This document shows positions 1 through 13,673 of a stretch of 64,000 nucleotides of DNA, in pieces. Source of the stretch: Octopus sinensis. Lineage: Eukaryota. Location of the stretch: the NCBI RefSeq assembly GCF_006345805.1, contig NC_043024.1:10664001-10728000 (forward strand), read 5' to 3'. Each line of letters begins with the position of its first letter. Position 1 is the stretch's first letter. The notes beneath the pieces were generated by a model. That model was not told the origin of the DNA. It was given only the letters and a program-made list of their open reading frames with translations, and searched no databases. The position numbers and the translations under genes are program-made.

Positions 1-845
1 AGTCATTTGACTGTGGCCATGCTGGAGCACTGCCTTCAGTCGACCAAATTGACCCCAGAACTTATTCTTTGTAAGCCTAGTACTTATTCTATCGGTCTCT
101 TTTATCGAACTGCTAAGTTACAGGAACGTAAACACACCAGCATCAGTTGTCAAGTGATGTAGTGGGGACAAACACACACATACAACAATACACACATGTA
201 CACACACACACAGACATATATATATCACGGGCTTCTTTCAGTTTCCGTCTACCAAATCCACTCACAAGGTTTTGGTCGGCCCGAGGCTATAGTAGAAGAC
301 ACTTGCCCAAGATGCCACGCAGTGGGACTGAACCCGGAACCATGTGGTTGGTAAGCAAGCTACTTACCACACAACCACTCCCGTATGTTCACATGTATTT
401 TATTTGTGTATGTTCATTGATCGTTGCCAGTGTCGTCTTACCAGCACATGTGCCAGTGGCATGAGAAAAACAACATTCGAGAGTGGTTGTTACCAGTGCC
501 GCTAGACTGGCTCCCATGCAGGTAGCACGTAAAAAATGCCGTTTGAGCATGGTCGTTGCCAGTACCGCCTGACTGGCCCTCGTGCCGGTGGCACGTAAAA
601 AGCACCCACTACACTCACGGAGTGGTTGGTGTTAGGAAGGGCATCCAGCTGTAGAAACTTTGCCAGATCAGATTGGAGCCTGGTGCAACCTTCTGGAAAG
701 CGGACGTTAAGCTACGATGATAATGATGATGATGTATGTATGTATGTATGTATGTTGTATGTATGTATGTATGTGTGTGTGTATGTATGTATGTATGTAT
801 GTGTGTGTGTGTATGTATGTATGTATGTATGTATGTATGTATGTA

Positions 846-880
<35 letters not shown>

Positions 881-1752
881 ATGTATGTATATATGTATGT
901 ATGTATGTATGCATGCATGCATGTATGTATGTATGTATGTGTGTATAGGTCCCATTGGTTAGAGTGTCAGACTCACAATCATGAGGTAGTGAGTTCAATT
1001 CCTGGACCAGGCTGTATGATGTCTTCTTGAGCAAGACACTATTTCATGTTGCTCCAGTTCAGTCAGCTTTAGAAGAAATGAGTTGCAACATCACAGGTGC
1101 CAAACTGGTATGCATGGTATGCTGGTATGCATGGGTGACTGCTGGTCTTCCATAAACCACTTTACCTGGACTTGGGCCTCGGAGGGGAACTTTCCAGGTG
1201 TAATCTCTTCACAGTTTCACTCATTTAAAACCTAGAAATAATTATAAAAAGATTAAGTTATTCAACTTAATTAATTACTTTCTTCGTTAACTGAAACCTA
1301 ACCTAATATGTTTTATCTTTTTCCTTTTCTCTTTTTCCTCTTCCTCTTCCTCTTTCATCTCCTCCTCCTCATCTTCCTCCTCAACTTCCTCCTCCTCTTC
1401 ATCTTCCTCCTCCTCAACTTCCTCCTCCCCCTCATCTTCCTCCTTCTCATCTTTCTCCTCCTCTTCCTCCTCCTCATCTTCCTCTTCTTCCTCCTCCTCA
1501 TCTTCCTCTTCTTCCTCCTCCTCATCTTCCTCTTCTTCCTCCTCCTCATCTTCCTCTTCTTCCTCCTCCTCTTCCTCCTCCTCCTCATCTTCCTCCTCTT
1601 CCTCCTCCTCATCTTCCTCCTTGTCTTCCTCCTCCTCTATCTTGTGATTCAACTCAACCTTACCCCCTCACCCTTTTTTTACCTTTATGAATTTTTTTTT
1701 CCTCTCAACCACTCCTTCTTCCCCCCTGACTTCTACTCCCTCCCCCTTGTAG

Positions 1753-1833
1753 GCAATGTCCTCCGCACCTGGACGCTGAATGCGGTACAGCAGCAAATCG
1801 CAGCTTACATCTACAACACCATGTCTGCTGTGG
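1753..1833 (+). CDS. Candidate upstream exon of the adenylyl cyclase (possible start codon at 1821, MSAV-E)
   Basis: Long pyrimidine tract ending TTGTAG (AG 1751-1752), donor G|GTAAGT at 1834. The phase-1 end joins 20392 in frame (gtg g|aa caa). ATG 1821 sits in aacaccATG context. No homology support; linkage to the gene is inferred from phase only. Confidence 0.5.
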
Positions 1834-2204
1834 GTAAGTTCTTTTAATCATTAATCGTCAGTCTTTAACCGTTAATCTTTTACCTGCTATTTACTTCAGT
1901 CATTGGACTGCAACCGTACTGGGGTCCCACCTCAAAGGGTTTTTGCATTTTGCTTGCTTGCTTGCTTTGTGCTCTTGCTTCATAGGGCTGGGGTCATCCC
2001 AGGTTAGTGGTCCCAGGGGCGCCATCATGTGTAGAGCCAACCAGGTCCAGCAGAGTCGTCACCATCGCCGGCAGCCCCATGTCAGCCCCTCTGCACCCTC
2101 CAAAGTGACATCAGGCTTTTTGAGATCTTCCTTAATCACGTCCAGCCATCTGGTGTGGGGCCTGCCACAGGGCCTCTTCCAGCTCGCAGCTGCCTTTTAT
2201 CCTC

Positions 2205-2950
2205 TTGGGGGCTATGAAATAAGTACCAGTTATGCACTGTGGTCGATGTAATCGACTTAATCTATTTGTCTGTCCTTGTTTGTCCTCTCTGTGTTTAGCC
2301 CCTTGTGGGTAGTAAAGAAATAGGTATTTCGTCTGCCGTTACATTCTGAGTTCAAATTCTGCTGAGGTCGACTTTGCCTTTCATCCTTTCAGGGTCGATA
2401 AATTAAATACCAGTTATGCACTGGGGTCGATGTAATCGACGTAATCCGTTTGTCTGTCCTTGTTTGTCCTCTCTGTGTTTAGCCCCTTGTGGGTAGTAAA
2501 GAAATAGGTATTTCGTCTGCCGTTACATTCTGAGTTCAAATTCTGCTGAGGTCGACTTTGCCTTTCATCCTTTCAGGGTCGATAAATTAATACCAGTTAT
2601 GCACTGGGGTCGATGTAATCGACGTAATCCGTTTGTCTGTCCTTGTTTGTCCTCTCTGTGTTTAGCCCCTGTGGGTAGTAAGAAATAGGTATTTCGTCTG
2701 CCGTTACATTCTGAGTTCAAATTCTGCTGAGGTCGACTTTGCCTTTCATCCTTTCAGGGTCGATAATTAATACCAGTTATGCACTGGGGTCGATGTAATC
2801 GACGTAATCCGTTTGTCTGAGTTCAAATTCCAGCAAGGTCGACTTTCATTCTTTCGGGGTCGATAAATTAAGTACCAGTTGCATACTGGGGTTGATCTAA
2901 TCGACTGGCCCCCTCCCTCCAAAAAATGTCAGGCCTTGTGCCTAGCGTAG
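2205..2950 (+). repeat. Tandem array of SINE-B body (about 3.5 units, period 180-184 bp)
   Basis: Anchor taccagtt at 2224, 2408, 2591 and 2771. Confidence 0.85.
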
Positions 2951-5203
2951 AAATGCTTGTTAACCACACAACCATACATAATATCGATCTGAAGTGCTTT
3001 CCTCGTCGCTTTTGTGACCCTCTCCCCCAGCTCCACCCATCCACATAAAAGAGCTGGGTTAAGATCTGTTAGGTCCCAGGATCTCTGTCTACCAAATTCA
3101 CTCACAACACAGTGGTAAACCCAGAGCTATTTAAGAAGAACACTTGCCCAAAGAGCCATGGAGGGGCACATATAAGAGCTGGATTGAGATCTTGTACAAC
3201 CCAGGATGACAGTAAATTGTAATCAAGTTTACCTGTAATCTTAAGAGACCGTTGGACTGCAGCTCATAAAGACCAAGCCTTAATCCAGGTAACTGTGTCT
3301 TCCAAGGAAGACTTAGCCATCACAAACAGGAGAGGGTGGGGTGGGGTTCACTCAAGCATCCAGGTGTGTAAGTATTGTGTTGTTGTTGTTGTTGTTGTTG
3401 CTGTTGGTGATGGTGTTGGGGGTGCTGGTTGCGTAGTAGTAGTAGTAGTAGTGGTGGTGCTGCTGCTGGTGGTGCTGGTAGTAGTTGTAGTGGTGGTGGT
3501 GGTAGTAGTAGTAGTGGTGGTTGTGGTGGTGGTGGTAGTAGTAGTAGTGGTGGTGGTGGTGGTGGTGGTAGTAGTAGTAGTACTCATAGTAATAGTAGTA
3601 GGGTTGAGATGGTGGTAGTGGTGGTAGCAGTAGTAGCAGCAGCAGCAGCAGATGGTGATAATGGTAGTGGTGGTAATAGTTACACTGATGGCCCACAGTC
3701 GTTTGAGTGGTGTTGGTTGTAGTGGTGGTGGTTGTAGTGGTGGTGGTGGTGGTGCTGGTGGTTGTAGCGTAGTGACTCTGATAGCAGCGGTTGTAATGTT
3801 GATGGTATTGGGTTGTGGCAGTGGTGCTGATCATGGTGGTGTTGGTGGTGGTTGTGATGGTGGTTGTAGTGGTGCTGGTGGTGGTGGTGGTGATCATGGT
3901 GGTGTTGGTGGTGGTTGTGATGGTGTTGTAGTGGTGCTGGTGTGGTGGTGGTGGTTGGTGGTGGTGGTGATCATGGTGGTGTTGGTGGTGGTTGTGATGG
4001 TGGTTGTAGTGGTGCTGGTGGTGGTGGTGGTGATCATGGTGGTGTTGGTGGTGGTTGTGATGGTGGTTGTAGTGGTGCTGGTGGTGGTGGTGGTGATCAT
4101 GGTGGTGTTGGTGGTGGTTGTGATGGTGGTTGTAGTGGTGCTGGTTGTAGTGGTGGTGATCATGGTGGTGTTGGTGGTGGTTGTGATGGTGGTTGTAGTG
4201 GTGCTGGTTGTAGTGGTGCTGGTGGTGGTGGTTGTAGCATCACTAATTCCGTTTTACCAATTAAACCATTGTCTCTCCTCAAACAGTTAATGCAATCTCT
4301 CTCCCTCCCTCTCCTTCTCTCTCTCTCTCTCTCCCACATCTCCCTCTTCCTCCTCTCTCTCCTCCCCCTACTCCTCGGCCATTAATCCCATCAGCTGTCA
4401 ACATCTCACGTCCTTAATGACAGCATTAATACAGTTATGCAGATAATGATTATAAAGGTTGGCGGAGGCAGAGGTGGTGGTGGTCACCGCCATCGTCACC
4501 GCCATCATTGGTTGAGCTGTTGACAGTGGTGGTGGTGGTGGTGGTCATCGTCGTCGTCGTTGTGGTTGCAACAGCAGTAGGTGGTGGTAGTTCTGGTAGT
4601 GGTGGTGGTGGTGGTAGTTCTGGTAGTGGTGGTGGTGGTAGTTCTGGTGTTGTTGTTGGTGGTGGTGGTGGTGTTGTTGTTGTTGGTGGTGGTGGTGGTA
4701 GTTCTGGTGTTGTTGTTGTTGGTGGTGGTGGTGGTGGTGGTAGTTCTGGTGTTGGTGTTGGTGGTAGTGGTGGTAGTTCTGGTGTTGGTGGTGGTGGTGA
4801 TAGTTCTGGTGTTGTTGTTGGTGGTGGTGGTGGTGGTGGTGGTGGTGGAGGTGGTCATCGTCATCGTCGTCGTAGTTGCAACAGCAGTAGGTGGTGGTGA
4901 TGATGGTGGTGGTGGTGGTGGTGGTTGCTGTAATGGTTGTTTAAGTGGTGGTGGTGGTGGTGGTTGCTGTAATGGTTGTTTAAGTGGTGGTTGTGGTTGT
5001 GGTTGTGGTTGTGGTAGGAATTGAATGTCTTGAGGAATCAATAGCAGAGAGCTTTACAGGAAGAAAAGGTTGAGGAGTAGGGGGGGAGGAGGAAGGAGGA
5101 GGAGGGCGGGGGGGAATTCTTTTTGTTATGATTCTCTTTGTTTTTCGGTGGTGGTGGTGGTGGTGGTGGTGGTGGTGGTGGTGGTGGTGGTGGCTTTGAT
5201 GTT

Positions 5204-5241
<38 letters not shown>

Positions 5242-5573
5242 TTTCTTTTATGGACCAAAAGGGCCCAAGGAATGGAGGACCATATCAAAGGACTAGTTAC
5301 AATGCACAAAAACAGGTTGGGAGGGTGGTTTACATCACTGAAAGCGAGATATATTCTTTTGTAATCTAGGCACAAGGCCCGAAGTTTCGGGGGAGGGGGC
5401 TAGTCGATTAGATCGACCCCAGTATGCAACTGGTACTTGACTTATCAACCCCGAAAGGATGAAAGGCAAAGTCGACCCTCGGCGGAATTTGAACTCAGAA
5501 TGTAAAGACAGACGAAATGCCGATAAGCATTTCACCCAGCGTGCTAACACTTCTGCCAGCTCGCTGCCATAGC

Positions 5574-5607
<34 letters not shown>

Positions 5608-5699
5608 TAATAATAATAATAATAATATAATAATAATAATAATAATATAATAATAATGATGATGATGATAATAATGATAATAATATAATAATAATAATA

Positions 5700-6064
5700 A
5701 TGTGGAAGCTGAAGACTAAAACAATACCTGTTGTCATAGGTGCCCTGGGAATGATAGCAAAAGGGGCTGATTGCTACCTAACTCAGATACCAGGAAACCC
5801 AAAAATGGCAGAAATTCAAAAGATAGTGCTCATGGGAACTGCCCATATCCTACACAAAATACTTTCTATGTAATCTCAAGTTTTAAAACAAACATAATTT
5901 TCTTATGGTTTCTTAAACATTCTCTAGAACAATACTATGTACAAAACCAAATATATGGCACACTAGGCATAACAACAACATGAACTTCCAACCTGTTGTC
6001 TCTTGAGGTCTCTGGGTGAGACTTGGAGCCAACTTGTACAAATATAAAGCGAAAGTCAAACATA

Positions 6065-6096
<32 letters not shown>

Positions 6097-6780
6097 TAAG
6101 TTACAGCTACAATATCCTTAACTGGACGCTAAATGAAATGACCAAAATAGATAGGAAAACAAGAAAAATAATGACAGGATCTAGGATGCATCACCCAAAA
6201 TCTGACACAAAAAGACTATATATACAACGTATAGGCTCAGGAGTGGCTGTGTGGTAAGTAGTTTGCTAACCAACCACATGGTTCCAGGTTCAGTCCCACT
6301 GCATGGCATCTTGGGCAAGCGTCTTCTGCTATAGCCCCAGGCCGACCAATACCTTGTGAGTGGATTTGGTAGACGGAAACTGAAAGAAGCCTGTCGTATA
6401 TATGTATATTTATGTATGTGTATGTTTGTGTTTGTCTCCCTAGCATTGCTTGACAACCGATGCTGGTGTGTTTACGTCCCCGTCACTTAGCGGTTCGACA
6501 AAAGAGACCGATAGAATAAGTTCTGGGCTTACAAAGAATAAGTCCCGGGGTCAATTTGCTCCACTAAAGGCGGTGCTCCAGCATGGCCGCAGTCAAATGA
6601 CTGAAAAAAGAGAAAGAGAAAAGAGTATAGAAGGTGGTAGAGGCCTTATAAAGCTGGAAAACTACTATAAAATAACCACCATAGGACTGCAAAAATATCT
6701 ACTTCAGAAGGAAGGAAAACTGATACAAATAGGCATTCATTTACAACAAAAGCCTGAAGTGAGAGCATGGAGATTATAGT
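5700..6780 (+). mobile_element. Dong/R4-like LINE fragments in (TAA)n, split by a SINE
   Basis: 5700-5870 encodes the C-terminal IPVVIGALGMI...EIQKIVLMGTAHIL. 6140-6234 plus 6631-6760 read MHHPKSDTKRLYIQRI|EGGRGLIKLE; the SINE 6235-6624 is flanked by the direct repeat gtatag. Confidence 0.75.
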
Positions 6781-8949
6781 GGAAGATACTCGCCCAGTGG
6801 GACTGAACCTGAGACCAAGCGATTGACAAGCAAACTTCTTACCACACGACCACACCTATCCTGACAATTACCATGTAATTAACAATTAAGTTAATTATTG
6901 AATCGATCTTCCAGATATACTCGCGCGCACGCATGAAGTTAAAAGAGGAAAGATACCTTCTCAAATCATGCCGACTCATAAGGTGATTTTTTTTTATTGT
7001 CCACAAGGGGCCAGCATAGAGGGGACAGACACACATGTGGGAACAAACACACATGTGGGGACAATTAACACATGGAAAATGAATAAAATGAAATTTTACA
7101 AAAAAGGTGAAAGTCACCTCGGCCCCACTCCGGGATAATGCCGACTCATAAGGTGATTTTTTTTTTGTCTACTAGGGGCCAACATAAAAGGGACAAACAC
7201 ATGAGGGGACAATAATTACGTGAAAAATGAATAAAATGAAATTTTACAGTGAAGGTGAAACGGTCACCCTGGCACCACTCCGGAATAATACCGACTTATA
7301 AGGATCAGTTTCTTGGTTTCTATGGCATATAAATCCCCACCTAGTGGTTAGAGCAGCGGACTCGCATTTGAGGGATCGCGGGTTCGAATCTCAGATCAGA
7401 CAATGTGTGTGTTTATGAGTGAAACACCTAAGCCAGAACACTGGTCCATCGCAGGGTCATTCATTTTTGCCAGCTGAGTGGACTGGAGCAATGTGAAATG
7501 AAGGGTTTTGCTCAAAAACACAACACGTCACCCAGTCCAGGAATTGAAACCACACTCTTTTGATCATGACTCCAACACCCTAACCACTAAGCCATGTGTC
7601 TCCACTAGTGGATTTGCTAGGTAGAAACTGAAAGAAGTTAAGGCGGTGAGCTGGCGGAATCATTAGCACGCCGGGTGAAATGCTTAGCGGTTTTTCATCT
7701 GCCACTACATTCTGAGTTCAAATTCCGCCGAGGTCGACTTTGCCTTTCATCCTTTCAGGGTCGATAAGTACCAGTTACACACTGGGGTTGATGTAATCGA
7801 CTTAATCCGTTTGTCTGTCCTTGTTTGTCCCTTCTGCGTTTAGCCCCTTGTGGACTGTAAAGAAATAAGAAGCAGAAAGAAGCTTGTCAGCCTTGATCCA
7901 GTTGACCAGTGGTCAAAGACACCCCAGCCTTGACCACTCCATCTTTTATCCAGAATCACTACATCTGGAACTTCTTAGTCTAAAGTGTCCGTTTTTTGAA
8001 AAGACTGTAATGTTGGAATTGAGGAAGATTTGGCTGTTGTGGTTGTTGTTGTTGTTGTTATTGCTTTTGAGCTGGCAAAATCATTACCATGCCAAACAAA
8101 ATGCTTATCAGAATTTCAGAATAAGGTGGCAAGATGGCAGAAACGTTAGCACGCCGGGCGAAATGCTAAGTGGCATTTCGTCTGCCGCTACGTTCTGAGT
8201 TCAAATACCGCCGAGGTCGACTTTGCCTTTCATCCTTTCGGGGTTGATTAAATAAGTACCAGTTATGCACTGAGGTCGATGTAATCGACTTAATACCTAT
8301 GTCTGTCCTTGTTTGTCCCCTCTGTGTTTTGCCCCTTGTGGGTAGTAAAGAAATAAGAATTTCAGCTGTCTTTATGTTCTGAGTTCAAATCCCACCAATG
8401 CCAACTTTGGCTTTCATCTTTTCAGTGTCAATGAAATAAGTACCCAGTCCAGGAATTGAAACTGCAATCTTATGCTAATGAGTCCATTAACCACTGAGCC
8501 ACATACCTCCACACACACACACATAGAGACGACAGAGAAAGAGTAAACCCCTCACATTTGACCATTTCCTTCCCCAGCTCCTCCGCCCATATCACAAAAG
8601 ATCAGCTCTTTAGTGATTTCACAAGTGACCACGTAATTAAGTAATTAACGGTCAAGTTAATTGTTAAATCAATTTCTCAGGTGCCCAAACAAATGTCCAG
8701 TAAATTACTAATTTGCTCACCTGTTTAATTAACTCCACGGCAGAGTTGTACAGCTCTGTTGAGGGGTTAATGAATTGCCAGGGAAAGGTCGGCAAAAGGT
8801 CAGGTAATTAGCTGGACCTCTCGTTTGTGCCGTGAATGTCTTCAACTCCCTATCAGACTGTGTTGGTGTCTCTCAGTTAATGAGAGCCACTTAACGAACC
8901 AGGATTGGCTGCTTAACGTGGATTGTTAAATAAACATGTATAACAACAT

Positions 8950-9556
8950 CAAAGCAATTTATATACACATAAATATATATATATATATATATATACAAAC
9001 ACACATATATATATACACGTATATACACACACACACACATATATATATACAAACACATATATATATATATATATAATATATATATATATACAGACAATAA
9101 ATATATATATATATATACAGACATATAATATATATATATATATTATATATATAATATATATATATATACGTATGTATATTATATGTGTGTGTGTGTGCAT
9201 GTGCATATATTTACATATATATATATATATAAACATGCATGTATTTACACATGCATATATACGGACACAAACTCACAATCATAGAAATGCAAATGTGTGT
9301 GTATGTGTGTCTGTGTGTGTGTATGTATTGATAAATATATATATACACATGTTGTGTGCATATACTACTGTTTACATATACACACATGCCTATATATAGA
9401 AATATACATATATATATATATAATTATATGTACATACATATATGTGTATATATACATATGTATATATACATATATATACATATACGTATATATATATATA
9501 TATTACATATATATATATATATATACATATGTATAAATACATATATGTATATATAC

Positions 9557-9611
<55 letters not shown>

Positions 9612-10620
9612 TACAGATATAGTGTGTGTGTGTTGTACATCTACACATGCCTTGTACTGTTGCAGATGTTAAACATGGCCGTAAGTTATAGAATAACGTA
9701 TGCAATCTGAGGTTTATAAATCTGTGTAAATCATGGAAAGGTGAGAGCTACAACGTTCGCCATCGTGGCTCCTCTGAGCGCTGCTGGTTAAACTTGTTAC
9801 CTTTATAGCAGGTAGACACACACACACACACACACACACACATGCACATACACGCACATACGTACTTGCATATATACACACACATACATACATATATATA
9901 TACATACATACATACATATATATACACATACACACATACATACATATACATTCACACACACACATACATACATATATATACACATACATACAAATATACA
10001 TACACATACATACATACACACATACATACACATATATACACACACATACATGCATATATACACACACACACACAAACATACATACACACCCATACACGTA
10101 CATACATACGCACACATACATACACATATATACACACACATACATGCATATATACACACACACACACACAAACATACATACACACCCATACACGTACATA
10201 CATACGCACACATATATACACACAAACACATACATGCACACACACACTCACACATACATACATGTATGCATACAGAAGCACATACACATACATACACAAA
10301 CAAACACATAAATACATACATGCACACCCATACACACACACATACACACACATGCACACATACATGCACACACTCATACATACACACACACACACACACA
10401 TATACGTGCATGCATACATACATACATACACACACCCATACATACATATACATACACACATATACATGCATGCATACATACGCACATACAGGCTCTCCAT
10501 CAGTTGCGACAATGAGGGTTCCAATCAGTAAACAAATAATGTGTAAGTGGCTGAGTACTTCACAGACACGTGTACCCTTAATGTAGTTCTCAAGAAGAAC
10601 ATCTATACACATATACACAC
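8950..10620. repeat. Compound (TA)n/(CA)n/(CATA)n microsatellite field (similar fields at 12460-13100, 30520-31280, 47800-48590, 52270-52810)
   Basis: Direct reading; explains the many YI/HT/CV-repeat ORFs in the ORF track. Confidence 0.95.
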
Positions 10621-10754
10621 ACATACATATGGGCTGGCTCTCTATCAGTTACAAAAATGGGGTTTCCAGTTGAGCCAATCAATGGAATGGCCATCTTGTA
10701 AAATTAATGTGCGCAAGTGATTGAGCCCTTGACAGACCCTTCGTGTACCCTTCA

Positions 10755-12012
10755 TGTAATTCATGTAAGAATGCAGTTTTTTATACATCTTTTATTTTTC
10801 AAAATTAAGACAAAGTTCTTTTTTAATCTAAAATATACTCTCCTTCATTTTCTACAATGCCCTTCCATCTCTCTGGTAGACTTGCAAGGCCCCTCTTCCA
10901 AAATTCCTTGTCCGTGTCGAAAAATACTCCTCTAGTACTGTCCTGACCTCATCTACAGAATTCATATTTTTTTTGTCCAAATGATTTTGAAGACTGCGGA
11001 ATAAATGATAATCAGATGGGGCAATGTCTGGCAAATATGGTTGGTGGGGCATCGTTTCCCATTCAAACTGCCCCAGCCTTTGGAATGTCATCCTCACTGT
11101 ATATAGTCAAGCATTATCCTGATGGAAGAATCCCTTTCATCTTGAAACCAAAGACAATCATTTTCCTTCTAGCGCTTACCTTAGCCGCTCAAGCTGCTCA
11201 CAATAGATCTCATTTGTTATAGTTTGGTTTGGGTTTAAAAGTTCAAGGTGGACTAAACCTTCCATATCCCATATGTTAGTGAAGACCTCCTTTAGCCTGG
11301 GTTTCCAGTGTTTCTCCTTTCCCTATTCACTGTCTTTGGCACTTGACATTTTTATAAAGAACCCATTTCTCATTACCACTATTTGGTCCAAAAAAGGTTC
11401 ATTCATGAGATGTGACAGCAAAGAAGAGCACACATTCACTCTCTGCATGTGATTAGACTCGGAAAGTTTGTGAGGAACCTATTGACCCAATTTACTGACT
11501 TTTCCAATGGCATGCACAGATTGATGAATGATTGAATGACCAAACCAAACCTTCTCTACCAATTCCTCAACAAGTACGATGGGATTTTGTTCCAACAAGG
11601 TTTGCAAGATGTCCTCATTGAGCTCTATAGATCTTTTAGGACAAGGCTCATCTTCTAAGCTGTAGTGTCCAGCTCGGAATTTCTGGAACCACCGTTGACA
11701 ACGGCTTATACTTATTGTCCAATCCCCATACACTGCATTAATATTCCTCGCACTTTCCGTTGCATTGTTGCCTTTATTGAATTCATAAAGCAAAATATGC
11801 CAAATATGCTTGTTTGTCACTTCCATTATAGCTTTGAAAAGATATCTGTTAAAATCGAACTGCATTCTTCAAAACTTGCAGCAAGAGTAATAATCAGGTA
11901 AAATTACTACCTGATTTTATAGCAAGTTGATACAGGTAGTTTATCCCATCTTCCTTTGACTTGTAGTTCAGGCAATTGAAAAAACTGCATTATTTATGGG
12001 ATAACACAAATA
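10755..12012 (-). mobile_element. Decayed mariner (Tc1/mariner) transposon
   Basis: Minus-strand fragments IWHILLYEFNKGNNATESARNINAVYG...RCQRWFQKFRAG (HTH) and HQPYLPDIAPSDYHLFRSLQNHL (YSPDLAPSD motif). Remnant TIR core aatgcagttttt at both ends; frameshifted. Confidence 0.9.
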
Positions 12013-12685
12013 TATATATATATATATACTTAGATAAGTTTTGGTTAACATTGTCCTAGGCCGTGTCTAACTTAATAGCACACACACACACACACATATA
12101 TGCATACATACATGTAAATATATTATGCTATTTGTTTAACTATCTTTCTGTTTCTGTTTGTGAGTCTGTTTGCTGCTCTCTCTCTCCTCTCTCTCCTCTC
12201 TCCTCTCTTCTCTCTCTCTCTCTCGCTCTCCTCACTCTCTCTTCTCCTCTCGTCTCTTCTCTCTCCTCTTCTCGGTCTCCTCTCTCGGCTCTGCTCAGCT
12301 CTCTCTCTATATCTCTCTCTATCTATCTCTTCGTTCAATACTCACATTCCACTCCATATCCCCCCCCACCCTCCGTCATGTCTCCATGCATATTTGGAAT
12401 ACTGAGTACCCGCATATTATTATGCATCATATGTGCGCTTATGCACACATACGCATAGTAACATATATATATATATATATATATATACTACATGCATAGT
12501 ATGTGTGTGAGTTTTGGTTATTTATATACATAATATATATTGATTATATATATATATATATATGTATATATATGAAAGAATGAGTATTATATATATATAT
12601 AACACATATGTGTGTGTGCATACATTATATATACATACACTATATATATAATATATATGTAGTGTGCATACATATATATATATAT

Positions 12686-12735
<50 letters not shown>

Positions 12736-12910
12736 TACATATATGAATATGTATATGAATGAGCATATATTATATATAATATATATAATATATAGCTATA
12801 TATATAACATATATATACATATTCATACATATATATGTATGTATGTATATATATATTATAATATATATATATATATATATATACATATATGAATATGTAT
12901 ATGAATGAGC

Positions 12911-12944
<34 letters not shown>

Positions 12945-13462
12945 ACATATATACATATGCATACATTATATGTATATATGTAAATATATATACATATATA
13001 ATTATACAACAAAATTTTGCAGCTGCTCTATTTCCAAGGTGTGTATGTACTTGTGTATCTCTTTCTTTATTCAAATGTGTGTGTGTGTGTGTCTGTCTGT
13101 CTGTCCACAAATATACCTATATGCAGCCATCTACCTGGTCACCCCCAGCCACCCCTCTGTCTCTCTGCGAGGCCATTCCCAAGACTGATTCCATGCTGTA
13201 CAGAATCAGTCCGAACGTTAATTACGCTGGTGGGCGCCGTCGTCCTTCGCAAGAATTCATTTCGTTTCCGCTCGGAGAAATCTTTGGGGGAATTTGTGCG
13301 TTTCCAAAAAACAAACTTCCGTTTGGGGGACCTTGATGTGTGGACCCTTTCCTCGCTTCGATTTGGAAAAGGGGTCACTTCGCTCCTGGATTATACAACT
13401 CCAACAATTGACAACAACTACAAGAAAAATAACAACAACAACCACTACCACCACCTCTACTA

Positions 13463-13511
<49 letters not shown>

Positions 13512-13642
13512 CACTACTACTACCACCACTACCACTACTGCTGAGGCTACTACTACTACAACTACTACCACCTCTACTACTACTACTATTACTATTGCCA
13601 CTACTGCAACTGCTGCTGCTACTACTACTACTATTACCACTG

Positions 13643-13673
<31 letters not shown>

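Noticed and set aside
11479-11865. Mariner ORF as a possibly domesticated gene
   Set aside because: Split by stops and frameshifts across 10.8-11.9 kb, so a non-functional relic.
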